Source: Bacteroides fragilis (lineage in GTDB: Bacteria; Bacteroidota; Bacteroidia; Bacteroidales; DTGW01). Taken from it: a DNA stretch of 64,000 bases. Position 1 is the stretch's first letter; each line of letters starts with the position of its first letter. The notes beneath the pieces were generated by a model, which ran no database searches, was not told the origin of the DNA, and saw nothing but the letters and a program-made list of their open reading frames with translations. Below, one piece after another: positions 29,848 through 39,050 of the stretch. The translations under genes and the position numbers were made by a program. The DNA is taken from the NCBI GenBank assembly GCA_945889005.1, contig CAMDBI010000003.1, positions 71,814-135,813 of the forward strand. The letters run 5' to 3'.

Positions 29848-29871
29848 AAATGTCAAATCTAAAATTTCATT

Positions 29872-29879
29872 TATGTTTG
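29872..29879 (+). promoter_or_regulatory. Candidate -7 box (TATGTTTG) for the ECF sigma operon
   Basis: TAnnTTTG 23 nt upstream of ATG 29902. Confidence 0.35.
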
Positions 29880-29901
29880 TGTGTAAATAATAAAGGTGTT
29901 A

Positions 29902-30477
29902 ATGACCGATAGCGTACTTATTGAACATATAAGCAATGGTAACCGCGATTTGTTTCGTGTGTTGGTCGAGCGCTATCAGAAAATGGTGTTTCGAACATGC
30001 CTGGGCTTTATACATAACAAAGACGATGCCGACGACCTTACACAAGAGGTTTTTATTCAGGCTTATTTATCACTTTCTACATTTAAAGGTACTTCATCAT
30101 TTTCAACTTGGATTTATCGTATAGCTGTTAATGCATCGCTCAACAAGGTGCGAAAATCTTCGAAAAATATTTTTCTTCAACAATTCGAAAAACTTCTGCC
30201 CGGAAACAAACATGGAGAAATATCAATATCGCTTCCCGAAAACGAGAACCCCGAGAACCTATTGATACAAGACGAACACCGCGCGTGGGTTCAGAAAGCC
30301 TTGAACAGTCTGCCCGAAAACCAGCGTACAGCTATCGTATTGAGCAAATACGACGATTTGAGCCAAAAAGAAATTGCCGAAATAATGAACACATCCGAAG
30401 GTGCCGTAGAAGCATTGATACAGAGAGCCAAAGCTAATCTTCGCGAAAAATTATCGTCCTCTTCAAAAAAAAAATAA
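29902..30477 (+). CDS. ECF-type RNA polymerase sigma-70 family factor
   Basis: Region 2 (DDADDLTQEVFIQAY) and region 4 (LSQKEIAEIMNTSEGAVEALIQRAK). Confidence 0.9.
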   Translation: MTDSVLIEHISNGNRDLFRVLVERYQKMVFRTCLGFIHNKDDADDLTQEVFIQAYLSLSTFKGTSSFSTWIYRIAVNASLNKVRKSSKNIFLQQFEKLLPGNKHGEISISLPENENPENLLIQDEHRAWVQKALNSLPENQRTAIVLSKYDDLSQKEIAEIMNTSEGAVEALIQRAKANLREKLSSSSKKK

Positions 30478-30532
30478 AAAAATACCGTAGGAAAAATATA
30501 AGTTTTGTTTCTAACTATAAAAGTCAATTAAA

Positions 30533-30964
30533 ATGAAATGCGAATTATGCAAAAAAGAATTAGATGCGTACCTCGAAGGTCGATTGACCGAAGGTACAAG
30601 GGCTCTGGTTGATGCTCACCTCAAGGAGTGTAGCGAATGTGCCGCAGTATATATGGTCGACAGTATTGCCAACAAAGTGATGGACGGTGAAAAAGATTTG
30701 GAATCCAATCCATTTCTCGTTACCCGAATTATGGCAAACATTGAACAGACTGAATTACAACGCACTGAAATTAAAGGCATTCCAGTTTATTCGAGGGTGT
30801 TGAGACCTGCAATAATTGGTATGTCGATTGTTGCAGCTATTACGATGGGTATTTTTGCCGGGAATGCCTATTCGCCCAATATTCCTTCATCAGGAATGCC
30901 ACAGGAACTGGCGTATATCGACGATGCAAGTTTAGAAGGAATAGCAATATTAACAACAGAATAA
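30533..30964 (+). CDS. Anti-sigma factor (zf-HC2 type, single TM)
   Basis: N-terminal C-x2-C ... H-x3-C-x2-C (CELC...HLKECSEC) and one TM helix. It sits directly after the ECF sigma gene. Confidence 0.8.
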   Translation: MKCELCKKELDAYLEGRLTEGTRALVDAHLKECSECAAVYMVDSIANKVMDGEKDLESNPFLVTRIMANIEQTELQRTEIKGIPVYSRVLRPAIIGMSIVAAITMGIFAGNAYSPNIPSSGMPQELAYIDDASLEGIAILTTE

Positions 30965-30973
30965 TCAAAGATC

Positions 30974-31522
30974 ATGAAAACTCAAAGTAAACACACATTT
31001 TTGGTTTGGGCGGTTGTAATACTTGCTGTGATGAACATATCGACGCTTGCAACCATATTGTTTCATAAGCATTATTCCACCGATGCTGTTAGAAATACGG
31101 CACCAGATTCACAACAACTCGAGACAGATGCCGAAAAGTTTAGTGGCAGGTATTTTCGCGATAAGCTCAATTTCGATAGCGAACAAATGGAAGAATTCAG
31201 AAGTTTCAATCCCGAATTTAGACAACAGGCAAAAGTTATCACTATTGAACTTGCTCAACTTCGTAAACAAATGCATGTCGAAATGTCGGCAAACAATAGC
31301 GATACTGCGAAACTCAATGCCTTGTCGGACTCTATCGGTCGTTTACACTCGTCGCTCAAAAAACTCACTTACAAGTATTATATCGACATGAAAAACATTT
31401 GCAACACCGACCAGCAAAAGCAATTGGAACAATTGTTCGGAGCATTGTTTACCAACGACCAATCAATGAGTTTTCCTCAACATGGCGGACGACCTCAACA
31501 CGGCAAACGAATGAATAATTGA
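30974..31522 (+). CDS. Spy/CpxP-like periplasmic protein ('periplasmic heavy metal sensor' family)
   Basis: N-terminal anchor followed by helical repeats with LTxxQ-like elements (FDSEQMEEF, NTDQQKQLEQL). Confidence 0.6.
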   Translation: MKTQSKHTFLVWAVVILAVMNISTLATILFHKHYSTDAVRNTAPDSQQLETDAEKFSGRYFRDKLNFDSEQMEEFRSFNPEFRQQAKVITIELAQLRKQMHVEMSANNSDTAKLNALSDSIGRLHSSLKKLTYKYYIDMKNICNTDQQKQLEQLFGALFTNDQSMSFPQHGGRPQHGKRMNN

Positions 31523-31555
31523 CAAAAGAATTTTAAACAATTAAATTTTATAGAA

Positions 31556-31813
31556 ATGAAAACAAAACTTATTCTTACAGGATTGGCATTGATGGCCGCA
31601 ACAACAATGATGAATGCCCAAAATGGAACCGGAAACGGTAAGGGCAATGGACAAGGTAAAGGTTCGGCCTATGTCGACCAAAACAACGATGGCACTTGCG
31701 ACAATTTCTCTGCCAATAAAGGTAAAGGCAATGGTAGTGGCAAATGCGATGGAACTGGCAAAGGTAAAGGCAAAAAAGATGGTTCGGGAAAAGGGCAAGG
31801 AAAAAATAAATAA
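31556..31813 (+). CDS. Small secreted Gly/Lys/Asn-rich repeat protein
   Basis: Signal peptide (MKTKLILTGLALMAATTMMNAQ), then GxGKG repeats with two DG(T)CD / GKCDG motifs. Confidence 0.55.
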   Translation: MKTKLILTGLALMAATTMMNAQNGTGNGKGNGQGKGSAYVDQNNDGTCDNFSANKGKGNGSGKCDGTGKGKGKKDGSGKGQGKNK

Positions 31814-31943
31814 ACTTCTTCGAGAAATTCTCAACTGATTGCAAATCCCCCAAGTTTATACTTCTTTAGTTAATATTAGGTGCACGATAGCTGCACAATG
31901 TTCCAAAGAAAATTTATTAAATAGCTGAATGACAGATTGTAAA

Positions 31944-31951
31944 TAATTTTG
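31944..31951 (+). promoter_or_regulatory. Candidate -7 box (TAATTTTG) for the DUF2202 gene
   Basis: TAnnTTTG 57 nt upstream of ATG 32008. Confidence 0.3.
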
Positions 31952-32007
31952 CAATAATCTGAATGGGATAATTATGTGTATTTTTTAACAAACAAAAAAT
32001 AAAAACG

Positions 32008-32817
32008 ATGAAAACAAGTATTAAAAAAATGATTTATGGCGGTATGTTCGCTACAACACTCGTATTCTCAACTTCATGTGAAAACGATTTAATGAACAAT
32101 TCTGACCAATTACAGTATGCACAGGTAATAGATGTAGCATCCGATGGTACAACCACCATGATTGAGGCTAATGCGCAGCTAGCACTAGTTGAAACCTCTG
32201 CATTGAACGAAGGCGAATTAAATTCCTTGCTCAAGATGAAAGCCGAAGAGCAACTTGCCCGCGATGTGTATAACGAACTGTACTCAAAATGGAGTAGTCT
32301 GCAATTCTCTCGTATTGCACGTGCCGAAAACAATCACCTAAATGCAATTGTAACACTACTTAAGTATTATGGTGCAAGCGATACCGTTATTGGAAGTGCC
32401 GGAGTATATGCCGATGCAGCTGTTCAGACTCTTTATAACGATTTAATAGCAAAAGGTTCGGTTTCGAGCGAAGAAGCCTTTAAAGTTGGTGCTCTGATTG
32501 AAGAAATGGACATTAAGGATCTTAGCGATGCAATAGATGCTACTTCAAATGCCAATATTAAATTGGTGTTGGAAAACCTCGAAAAAGGTTCGCGCAATCA
32601 TCTAAGGGCTTTAAACAAACAACTTACCACTTTGGGTGTCACTTATGTACCTGTTTATTTATCACAAGCCGAATACGACCAAATTGTTACTTCTTCGATG
32701 GAAAAAGGTCAGCAATACAAGATGAAATCGAATGGCAAAGGTTATGGTAAAGGTAAAAGAGGCCGCGGACAAGGAAATAGTCAAGGACAGTATGGCAATG
32801 GAACTTGCAGCTTGTAA
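32008..32817 (+). CDS. DUF2202 ferritin-like domain lipoprotein with a Gly/Lys-rich tail
   Basis: Lipobox (FSTSC). DUF2202-type motifs LLKMKAEEQLARDVYNELY, RIARAENNHLNAI, EEMDIKDL and EKGSRNHLRAL. The C-terminal tail is GKGYGKGKRGRGQGNSQGQYGNGTCSL. Confidence 0.75.
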   Translation: MKTSIKKMIYGGMFATTLVFSTSCENDLMNNSDQLQYAQVIDVASDGTTTMIEANAQLALVETSALNEGELNSLLKMKAEEQLARDVYNELYSKWSSLQFSRIARAENNHLNAIVTLLKYYGASDTVIGSAGVYADAAVQTLYNDLIAKGSVSSEEAFKVGALIEEMDIKDLSDAIDATSNANIKLVLENLEKGSRNHLRALNKQLTTLGVTYVPVYLSQAEYDQIVTSSMEKGQQYKMKSNGKGYGKGKRGRGQGNSQGQYGNGTCSL

Positions 32818-32828
32818 CGAATAGCTTC

Positions 32829-32876
32829 AAACACAGAGACACGGAGGGTATTATTATTCTCTGTGTCTTTGTGTTT
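32829..32876 (+). terminator. Hairpin downstream of the DUF2202 gene
   Basis: 18-nt arms AAACACAGAGACACGGAG / CTCTGTGTCTTTGTGTTT (two G-U positions) with a 12-nt loop and no long T run. Confidence 0.5.
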
Positions 32877-33168
32877 ATAATGTACCTATCAAAAAACGTA
32901 GAATAAAAATCGCAAAGAATGGGTCAATTAAAAACTGAATCTTCATCATCAATAAAGATATTTTGAAACCATGGGATTATGCAAACTAAAAGTTAATCAA
33001 TAATCAAGTTGTTAAATATGTTTTTTAAATATATAATAATCAGCAATATATTAATTAACTATTTAATACTTTATCATCATTCAACTGTTAAATTCTGCTA
33101 TTCATCGATTTAGATTTTTTATCAACGAAGATTCAATATAATTTCGTTGCATATAAAAATTTTAAAAA

Positions 33169-33723
33169 ATGGAAAAACAACATGTTTGCCCTTGGTGGCT
33201 TGGTTATACTTTTATTCTTCCCATACGAAAATACCAACACAATCCCCAAAGGATTTTAGGCCCACATATAAATCCAGGGATGAAAGTGATGGATTATGGC
33301 ACAGCTATGGGTTACTTTAGCATTCCGTTGGCTCAAATGGTTGGAGAAAGAGGAATAGTGTATTGCGTTGACATTCAAGAAATGATGCTTCAACAACTCG
33401 AAAAGCGAGCTATTAAATACAAGGTAAATGATAGTATAAAAACACTTTTGGTTGGTAAAAATTATAATCCTAGTGAACTGGTAAACCAACTAGATTTTGT
33501 GTTACTATTTGCAGTTGTGCACGAAGTGCCCGACAAGGAAAAATTATTCCAAGATATTTATACGATGCTCAAACCCGGAGCTAAAGTTTTGTTTGCAGAA
33601 CCTAAAGGTCATGTAAAACCAAATGATTTTGAAAATTCGTTGCAAATTGCTAAAAAAGCAGGTTTAAACTTATTGGACGAAAAGCCTATGAAAAAAGGGC
33701 TGAACGCGTTATTGTTGAAATAG
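33169..33723 (+). CDS. Class I SAM-dependent methyltransferase
   Basis: Motif I VMDYGTAMGYF, with an N-terminal CPWWLGY segment. Confidence 0.75.
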   Translation: MEKQHVCPWWLGYTFILPIRKYQHNPQRILGPHINPGMKVMDYGTAMGYFSIPLAQMVGERGIVYCVDIQEMMLQQLEKRAIKYKVNDSIKTLLVGKNYNPSELVNQLDFVLLFAVVHEVPDKEKLFQDIYTMLKPGAKVLFAEPKGHVKPNDFENSLQIAKKAGLNLLDEKPMKKGLNALLLK

Positions 33724-33730
33724 TGCGGTA

Positions 33731-34225
33731 TTACCTTTTTAATATCTTAATACTTATCCCTTTCTGAGCCGACCAACCCGATTGGTCTGTAAGGCTTATG
33801 AAAAAATGATAATCGCCTTCGTCAAATAATCCACTACTATTGCCTGTTGGAATAGTAACCGTATAATTGGTTTCGTATTTGTTTAACCCTGCAGGTATAT
33901 CATAATCCTGAATAAACAGAAAAGGATTAACCGGTGATTTCTTGGGACTCATATTACATTCTGTAACTTCGGTGCTGTGGGAATGATGGTCGAAGTTGTG
34001 GTGAATGTCGATGTTGAATGCCTGTACAGAGCCAAGTTCTGCATTGTCGGAAAATAATGCTTTAAAGGTAAATGATTCTCCAAAGTATAGGGTATCGCAA
34101 TTGTTTGGGAATGCTCCCACTAAGCTTAAATCGATTTCTGGTTTTTGTTTGTCAATATCATCTTTTGTTTCGCACGAAATGCTAACAGCTAGGAATATAA
34201 TAAAAATGAACTTTAATGTTTTCAT
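33731..34225 (-). CDS. DUF4625 domain lipoprotein
   Basis: Lipobox (AVSISC) and His-rich DIHHNFDHHSHS. It sits downstream of a TonB-dependent receptor. ATG 34225 is preferred. Confidence 0.6.
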   Translation of the reverse strand: MKTLKFIFIIFLAVSISCETKDDIDKQKPEIDLSLVGAFPNNCDTLYFGESFTFKALFSDNAELGSVQAFNIDIHHNFDHHSHSTEVTECNMSPKKSPVNPFLFIQDYDIPAGLNKYETNYTVTIPTGNSSGLFDEGDYHFFISLTDQSGWSAQKGISIKILKR

Positions 34226-34278
34226 AATAAAAAAGATTAAAGCGGCAGACCTTATACAAATCTGCCGCATTGGTTAAT

Positions 34279-35124
34279 TTATAAATTTAAAACTATTGGA
34301 TAATGACCTGAAAAAGACCATATTCCACCAAAGGCATCAATACATTTTACCACAATGTAGTAATTGCCCGATTGCCAGGCAATATTACCAGTAATATTAT
34401 TTGGCGTGATATTATTATCCTGAGCTGCTCCTACAGTTATACTTGAAGAAAAATTATGAGTCGTAGGACTATTAAAATCGTGGGTATGTAGCATAGTAAT
34501 TGTGTTGCTTGCATTCACATTTGCATCTGTTAAATTTTGGTCTACACGAACCAAGCCAATGTACATACCCCCCAAAGCTTTATCGTCGCTTACTGAACCT
34601 GAAATACTTATTACTTGTCCATTACTAAAAACCTGATTATTTGTTGGTGAATTAGAGATGGTAATTGCAGGTGCAATTGCATCATTTGGGACTTGTATTA
34701 TGAGGTCAGCTTCAGCACTACTCTGATTACCTTCCATATCAGTAACTACAAAGTCAAAATGATATTCGCCGGCTTCTGCCTCATAAGCAATATCCAAATG
34801 TTCATGAAAAGTAGTATTTTTCATACCCGAAAACTTTGTATAAGTAGTATCTATTTCCCATTCTTCATGTTCTCCTTCTTCATGATTCTCTCCCTCTGGA
34901 TGTATTCTTACCTGAATTTTGTCAATTTTTCCTTCAGCAACTACATCTACTTCAATGTGTAAGTCACTCCCAATTATTGCGATATGGTCGTTGCCATGAC
35001 TATCGCCTTTGCCAAGTTCTTGAATAGTTATAACGGGTTTGGCTACTTCTTCTTTTTTGTCGCACGAAGCTAAAAACATGCTTGCTGCAAATGTTAGTGC
35101 TATAAGTAATACTCTTGTTTTCAT
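34279..35124 (-). CDS. DUF4625 domain lipoprotein (two Ig-like repeats, His/Glu-rich loop)
   Basis: Lipobox (FLASC), a HPEGENHEEGEHEEWE segment, and a second repeat with MLHTHDF. Confidence 0.6.
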   Translation of the reverse strand: MKTRVLLIALTFAASMFLASCDKKEEVAKPVITIQELGKGDSHGNDHIAIIGSDLHIEVDVVAEGKIDKIQVRIHPEGENHEEGEHEEWEIDTTYTKFSGMKNTTFHEHLDIAYEAEAGEYHFDFVVTDMEGNQSSAEADLIIQVPNDAIAPAITISNSPTNNQVFSNGQVISISGSVSDDKALGGMYIGLVRVDQNLTDANVNASNTITMLHTHDFNSPTTHNFSSSITVGAAQDNNITPNNITGNIAWQSGNYYIVVKCIDAFGGIWSFSGHYPIVLNL

Positions 35125-35157
35125 TATTTTAAAATTTAAATGGTTATACATAAAAAA

Positions 35158-37569
35158 TTATTTATTATTTACCGAAAAGGGAACCGATACATTTAAAATA
35201 AAGTTCCGCCCTGGTTCGGGTACATTAATCAGCCGGTAATAACTGGTATGGTTAAAGTATTTGTTGTTGAGCAGGTTTTGAACCTGCAATGTAATAGATA
35301 TCGATTGATTTTTGAGCTTTATATCGCCACCCAACCCAATGTTAACGACCTGATTACCATCGGTAGTTTCTTCGGGAGGTACTATGTTTTTTTGTGGTGC
35401 TGTAAGTCTGTAATCGACCGATAAATAAGCATTTTCAATACGTTTTATCTTTAATATCTGATATTTAATATTGAAAATTGCAGAGGCAGGGGGCGAAAAC
35501 GGCAGGGTAAAGCCCTTTTTTGCACCCGATAATTGCTCAGAGTAAACATATTCGCCCATGATACCCAATTGCACTGGTTTTAAAACCTGATAATGGGCAT
35601 GAATTTCAGACCCGTAGCGGAAAACTCGACTTTGCATGTAATTATAAACCTGATTGCCAAAACCATAATACCTGTCGTGTTCCGACGAGGGGTTTAGGTA
35701 TATATAATTGGTAAAATAGTTCAGAAAAGGGCTAAGTCCCACAGCTATTTTGTTGGTCTTATATTCCATACCTATATCGAACTGGTACGATGTTTCGGGC
35801 AATAAATCGGCACTGCCAACTTCGTAACTAAAATGATGATAATTAACTCCATTAGCAGCAAGCTCTTTTGCTGTTGGCATTCTGAAACTCTTACCCAGAT
35901 TGGCTTTAAACGTCCATTTTTCAGAATTATAATTATATCCTGCCGACCACGAAATACTCGAAAAGTTTCGATTTATACCCGTTGCACGTTTTAGCTTATT
36001 CAGAGTAGTATCGCCTTGAATGTTAACAGGCGAAGGAAACCAATCGTAGTATTCCTGAGTGTTTATTTGCCCATAGTCGTAACGCATACCCGTTAAAAAG
36101 TTGCTTCTGTCCGAAAAATGGTACTTTACAAATGCATAGCTACCTATAGCATATTGTTTGTATGCTGGTACTATAAAACCTCGTCCGTTGATTCGGTTTA
36201 CCTGCAATTCGCTATTGATACCAGTAGTCAATACTACTTTGTTGTTAATAGCATAATTGATTTTTGCATTTTGAGAATACACCTCTTTGTCGAATTGCCT
36301 TTCCAAATCTGCATTAAAATCCAAAGTATCGGGAAATACTGCTGGCATCCATCCATGATTTACATATTGGCTCCATTCTTGTCTGAAATTGTGCTGAAAA
36401 CCAAGTTCTGTTTCAATTTTCAGTCTTTCCCAATTGTATTGGCTTTTGTTTATTAATTTGAAATGCTCAACTTCCTGATTTGGGAATTGAATATCGCGGT
36501 TTGAATTGTCGTGTAAGTTTGCATCGACCCTACGGGGTTCCAAACCATGTGCATTGGCAAAAAAACCGCTTTTTGCATTTACATTGCTTATATAAAACCT
36601 ACTCTGGAACTTAGTTCGAATTACTCCTAATGATAGATGCAGGTTTTTTTCATTTCCTGCTGTATTGCGCAAGCGTTTTTTATGCAGTGCAGCCTTGTAC
36701 GAATAAATATCTACACTATCGGTTGGTACTTTGTAATCGGCAAAATCGATTATTGTTGCCCGCAAATCAGCGAAAAACCAATTCTTTCGACCATAAATAG
36801 CCAATGAGGTTCCAAGGTAATCGTTATTTGTTTTGCCAGAAAAATCTACTGAACCCCCCAAGGAATTTTCGGCAGGTATTTGTCTGTTTTTCATATCTAT
36901 AACCCCTCCAATAGCATCTGACCCATACATGAGCGATGCAGGACCTTTGATAACTTCAACATAGTCAACTGCATACTGGTCTATTTCGAGACCATGGTCG
37001 TCGCCCCATTGTTGGGCTTCGTGCTTTATACCGTTTTCAACTACAACCACACGGTTAAAACCCATACCACGTATAACAGGCTTCGATTGTCCTGAGCCAA
37101 TATCGATGGTCGTTACCCCAGGCAATCGTTCGAGCGATTGCATAAGGCTACCGCCAAGATTTTGCTTCAGGTAATCGCTGTTAACAATTTCAATATTGAG
37201 CGATTCTTCCTTTTTGCGCTTTTCGTCCTGATTACCCGTTATAATTACTTCGTTGAGTGTTTGAAGAAGAGGCTTCAACTGTAACGATAGGTTTTGTTTA
37301 TTACTTATATCGAAAGTCTCGCTGTATTTTTCAAATCCAAGAAATGATATTTCAATTGTATATTTCCCGTCGGTTAAACCACGAAATTCGAAGTTCCCAT
37401 TTTGGTCGGTAACTGTAATTTTTTGAATAGGTGATAAGAAAACATTAGCTCCTTGTATGGGCACGCGATTTTCGTCACATGCTTGACCTTTAAGAGTATA
37501 CAAAACCTGACTATAGCTTGTGACTGGTATAAATGCCATCAAAACATATAGCCCTATTAATAATTTCAT
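35158..37569 (-). CDS. TonB-dependent receptor with an N-terminal carboxypeptidase-regulatory-like domain
   Basis: 803 aa. The N-terminal region has CarboxypepD_reg-like segments (ANVFLSP...VTDQNGNFEFRGLTDGKYTIEISFLGFE). Plug motifs follow (RLPGVT, IRGMGFNRV, GPASLMYGSDAIGGVI), then the barrel. Confidence 0.9.
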   Translation of the reverse strand: MKLLIGLYVLMAFIPVTSYSQVLYTLKGQACDENRVPIQGANVFLSPIQKITVTDQNGNFEFRGLTDGKYTIEISFLGFEKYSETFDISNKQNLSLQLKPLLQTLNEVIITGNQDEKRKKEESLNIEIVNSDYLKQNLGGSLMQSLERLPGVTTIDIGSGQSKPVIRGMGFNRVVVVENGIKHEAQQWGDDHGLEIDQYAVDYVEVIKGPASLMYGSDAIGGVIDMKNRQIPAENSLGGSVDFSGKTNNDYLGTSLAIYGRKNWFFADLRATIIDFADYKVPTDSVDIYSYKAALHKKRLRNTAGNEKNLHLSLGVIRTKFQSRFYISNVNAKSGFFANAHGLEPRRVDANLHDNSNRDIQFPNQEVEHFKLINKSQYNWERLKIETELGFQHNFRQEWSQYVNHGWMPAVFPDTLDFNADLERQFDKEVYSQNAKINYAINNKVVLTTGINSELQVNRINGRGFIVPAYKQYAIGSYAFVKYHFSDRSNFLTGMRYDYGQINTQEYYDWFPSPVNIQGDTTLNKLKRATGINRNFSSISWSAGYNYNSEKWTFKANLGKSFRMPTAKELAANGVNYHHFSYEVGSADLLPETSYQFDIGMEYKTNKIAVGLSPFLNYFTNYIYLNPSSEHDRYYGFGNQVYNYMQSRVFRYGSEIHAHYQVLKPVQLGIMGEYVYSEQLSGAKKGFTLPFSPPASAIFNIKYQILKIKRIENAYLSVDYRLTAPQKNIVPPEETTDGNQVVNIGLGGDIKLKNQSISITLQVQNLLNNKYFNHTSYYRLINVPEPGRNFILNVSVPFSVNNK

Positions 37570-37663
37570 CGAAAGAATTGTAAGGGTAATATAAAAATAA
37601 TAGTAACCAACAAGTCATGCTCTATGAAGCTGTCTTATTGGGAAAAGGAAAGATTGTAAGAAA

Positions 37664-37975
37664 TTAAGCTACAGGAGGAGCTCTAAGCTGTTGAAAATGA
37701 TAACTAACTCTTAATTCGGGAGTCGAAGGAATGCTAAATGTAAAAAATATAGCAGAACTACTACTTAATTGCGATTGCTCTGGTTCGATAAATGGAAGAT
37801 AGTTGAAATCGCATATATAACAAACTTTTGTTTGTGTTTCTATAGAAGTGCCATCGTGATTGCAGGCATCATGCTCATTGTGGGAATGATGGTGCAACGA
37901 TTTCGAAAGCATTGGAGCAGTAAGTACTATCCAATGGAACAAAATAAGTATTGTTATATTTATTCGCGATTTCAT
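37664..37975 (-). CDS. Small His/Cys-rich exported protein (DUF2946-like features)
   Basis: N-terminal hydrophobic segment, HHHSHNEHDACNHD, the CxxC motif CYIC, and a C-terminal LRAPP. It is the first gene of the TonB-receptor operon. Confidence 0.45.
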   Translation of the reverse strand: MKSRINITILILFHWIVLTAPMLSKSLHHHSHNEHDACNHDGTSIETQTKVCYICDFNYLPFIEPEQSQLSSSSAIFFTFSIPSTPELRVSYHFQQLRAPPVA

Positions 37976-37993
37976 GTACGGTAATAACACCAT

Positions 37994-38054
37994 ACAAAGA
38001 TAATTGTTTTTTTAAAATTACTTTTTCTTTACGACAGCTCCCATTGCGCAGTAT
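37994..38054. repeat. Direct repeat copy 1 (partial duplicate of the 3' end of the ferredoxin-like gene)
   Basis: The 40-bp core at 38015-38054 is identical to 39073-39112, and the ~20-bp left flank is about 90% identical. Confidence 0.9.
37995..38002 (-). promoter_or_regulatory. Candidate -7 box (TATCTTTG on the minus strand) for the TonB-receptor/DUF4625 operon
   Basis: The plus strand reads CAAAGATA, 20 nt upstream of ATG 37975. It lies inside direct-repeat copy 1. Confidence 0.35.
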
Positions 38055-38203
38055 TCAATTAGACGTGAAATACTCTCGAAACATTTTTGAAAGCATAATT
38101 TTTTTTAGAAATTGAATATAGAAAGCCGCCTAGAGAGAAATCTGGCAGGCTTTTTTGTTTTGAAGAAAAATCTGTAAATTTGTGGTATATATAATTCCGA
38201 ACC

Positions 38204-38854
38204 ATGGAAGTACTTGAAATTGAGAAAGCATTGCTTAGCCGCCCCGATGCGCTAAAGATTACCAAGCGAGTCAATAAAATTATTGACGAAGAAAAAAAGG
38301 AGCGTCAGCACTTTTACCAAATTGTGACCGAACAGGAAAAAGCTGAATTTATAAACGGTGAAATCGTATATCATTCTCCTGTTAGAATTGAGCACAATCA
38401 AATTAGTGGGTTGGTATTTCAACTTTTGAATGTGTACGTTATAAAAAACGAATTGGGATTTGTAGGTGTGGAAAAAATACTGATTAATCTGGAAAGAAAT
38501 GATTACGAACCGGATATTGTCTATTTTAATGCAAAGAAAAGCGCGCATTTCAAACCCGGACAAATGTTTTTCCCCGCACCCGATTTAGTTGTTGAAATCC
38601 TGTCCGAATCCACCGAAACACGCGACCGTGGCGTGAAATTTACCGACTACGAAACCAGCGGTGTTACTGAATACTGGATTATTGACCCTTTCTTGAAAAC
38701 TTTTGAACAATATCATTTGGAGGAAGGCGAGTATCAATTGGTAATAAAAACGAAAAAGGAAACCATAAAGTGTTTTGCCATAAAAGGACTTACTTTCCCT
38801 GCTGATGCCGTTTTTTCTACAAAAAAGAATGTAGAAGCATTGATAAAATTATGA
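38204..38854 (+). CDS. Uma2-family (DUF820) putative restriction-endonuclease-like protein
   Basis: PD-(D/E)xK-like core EPDIVYF...PDLVVEILSEST, followed by KFTDYETSGVTEYWIIDP. Confidence 0.8.
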   Translation: MEVLEIEKALLSRPDALKITKRVNKIIDEEKKERQHFYQIVTEQEKAEFINGEIVYHSPVRIEHNQISGLVFQLLNVYVIKNELGFVGVEKILINLERNDYEPDIVYFNAKKSAHFKPGQMFFPAPDLVVEILSESTETRDRGVKFTDYETSGVTEYWIIDPFLKTFEQYHLEEGEYQLVIKTKKETIKCFAIKGLTFPADAVFSTKKNVEALIKL

Positions 38855-38902
38855 ATATAGACTAACAACGCTTTTTTCTTTGCAATTGTCCGAACCGAGC
38901 AG

Positions 38903-38945
38903 AACCTTACGGCTGCAGTTCACTGACGTATACAGCCGTAAGGTT
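38903..38945. other. Perfect 13-bp stem hairpin downstream of the Uma2 gene
   Basis: AACCTTACGGCTG-(17 nt)-CAGCCGTAAGGTT with no T run. Confidence 0.6.
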
Positions 38946-39050
38946 GAGGAATAAAAACTACAAGCCCACGTTCAATTTAAGACCAAAAATTCTAGGTTCT
39001 TTATAAAAAATAATACGGGAAGGGAAGTTTTTTAATTTTTTTTCATTATA

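Noticed and set aside
31541-31853. Three additional ORFs overlapping the Gly-Lys-rich gene (31541-31834 minus, 31575-31853 minus, 31614-31838 plus)
   Set aside because: They are artefacts of the GGN/AAR repeat being open in many frames. Only the 31556-31813 frame has a signal peptide and operon-consistent position.
38059-38274. 71-aa minus-strand ORF overlapping the Uma2 start and direct-repeat copy 1
   Set aside because: It has no motifs and overlaps a well-supported gene start. It begins inside the duplicated fragment and is probably non-coding.
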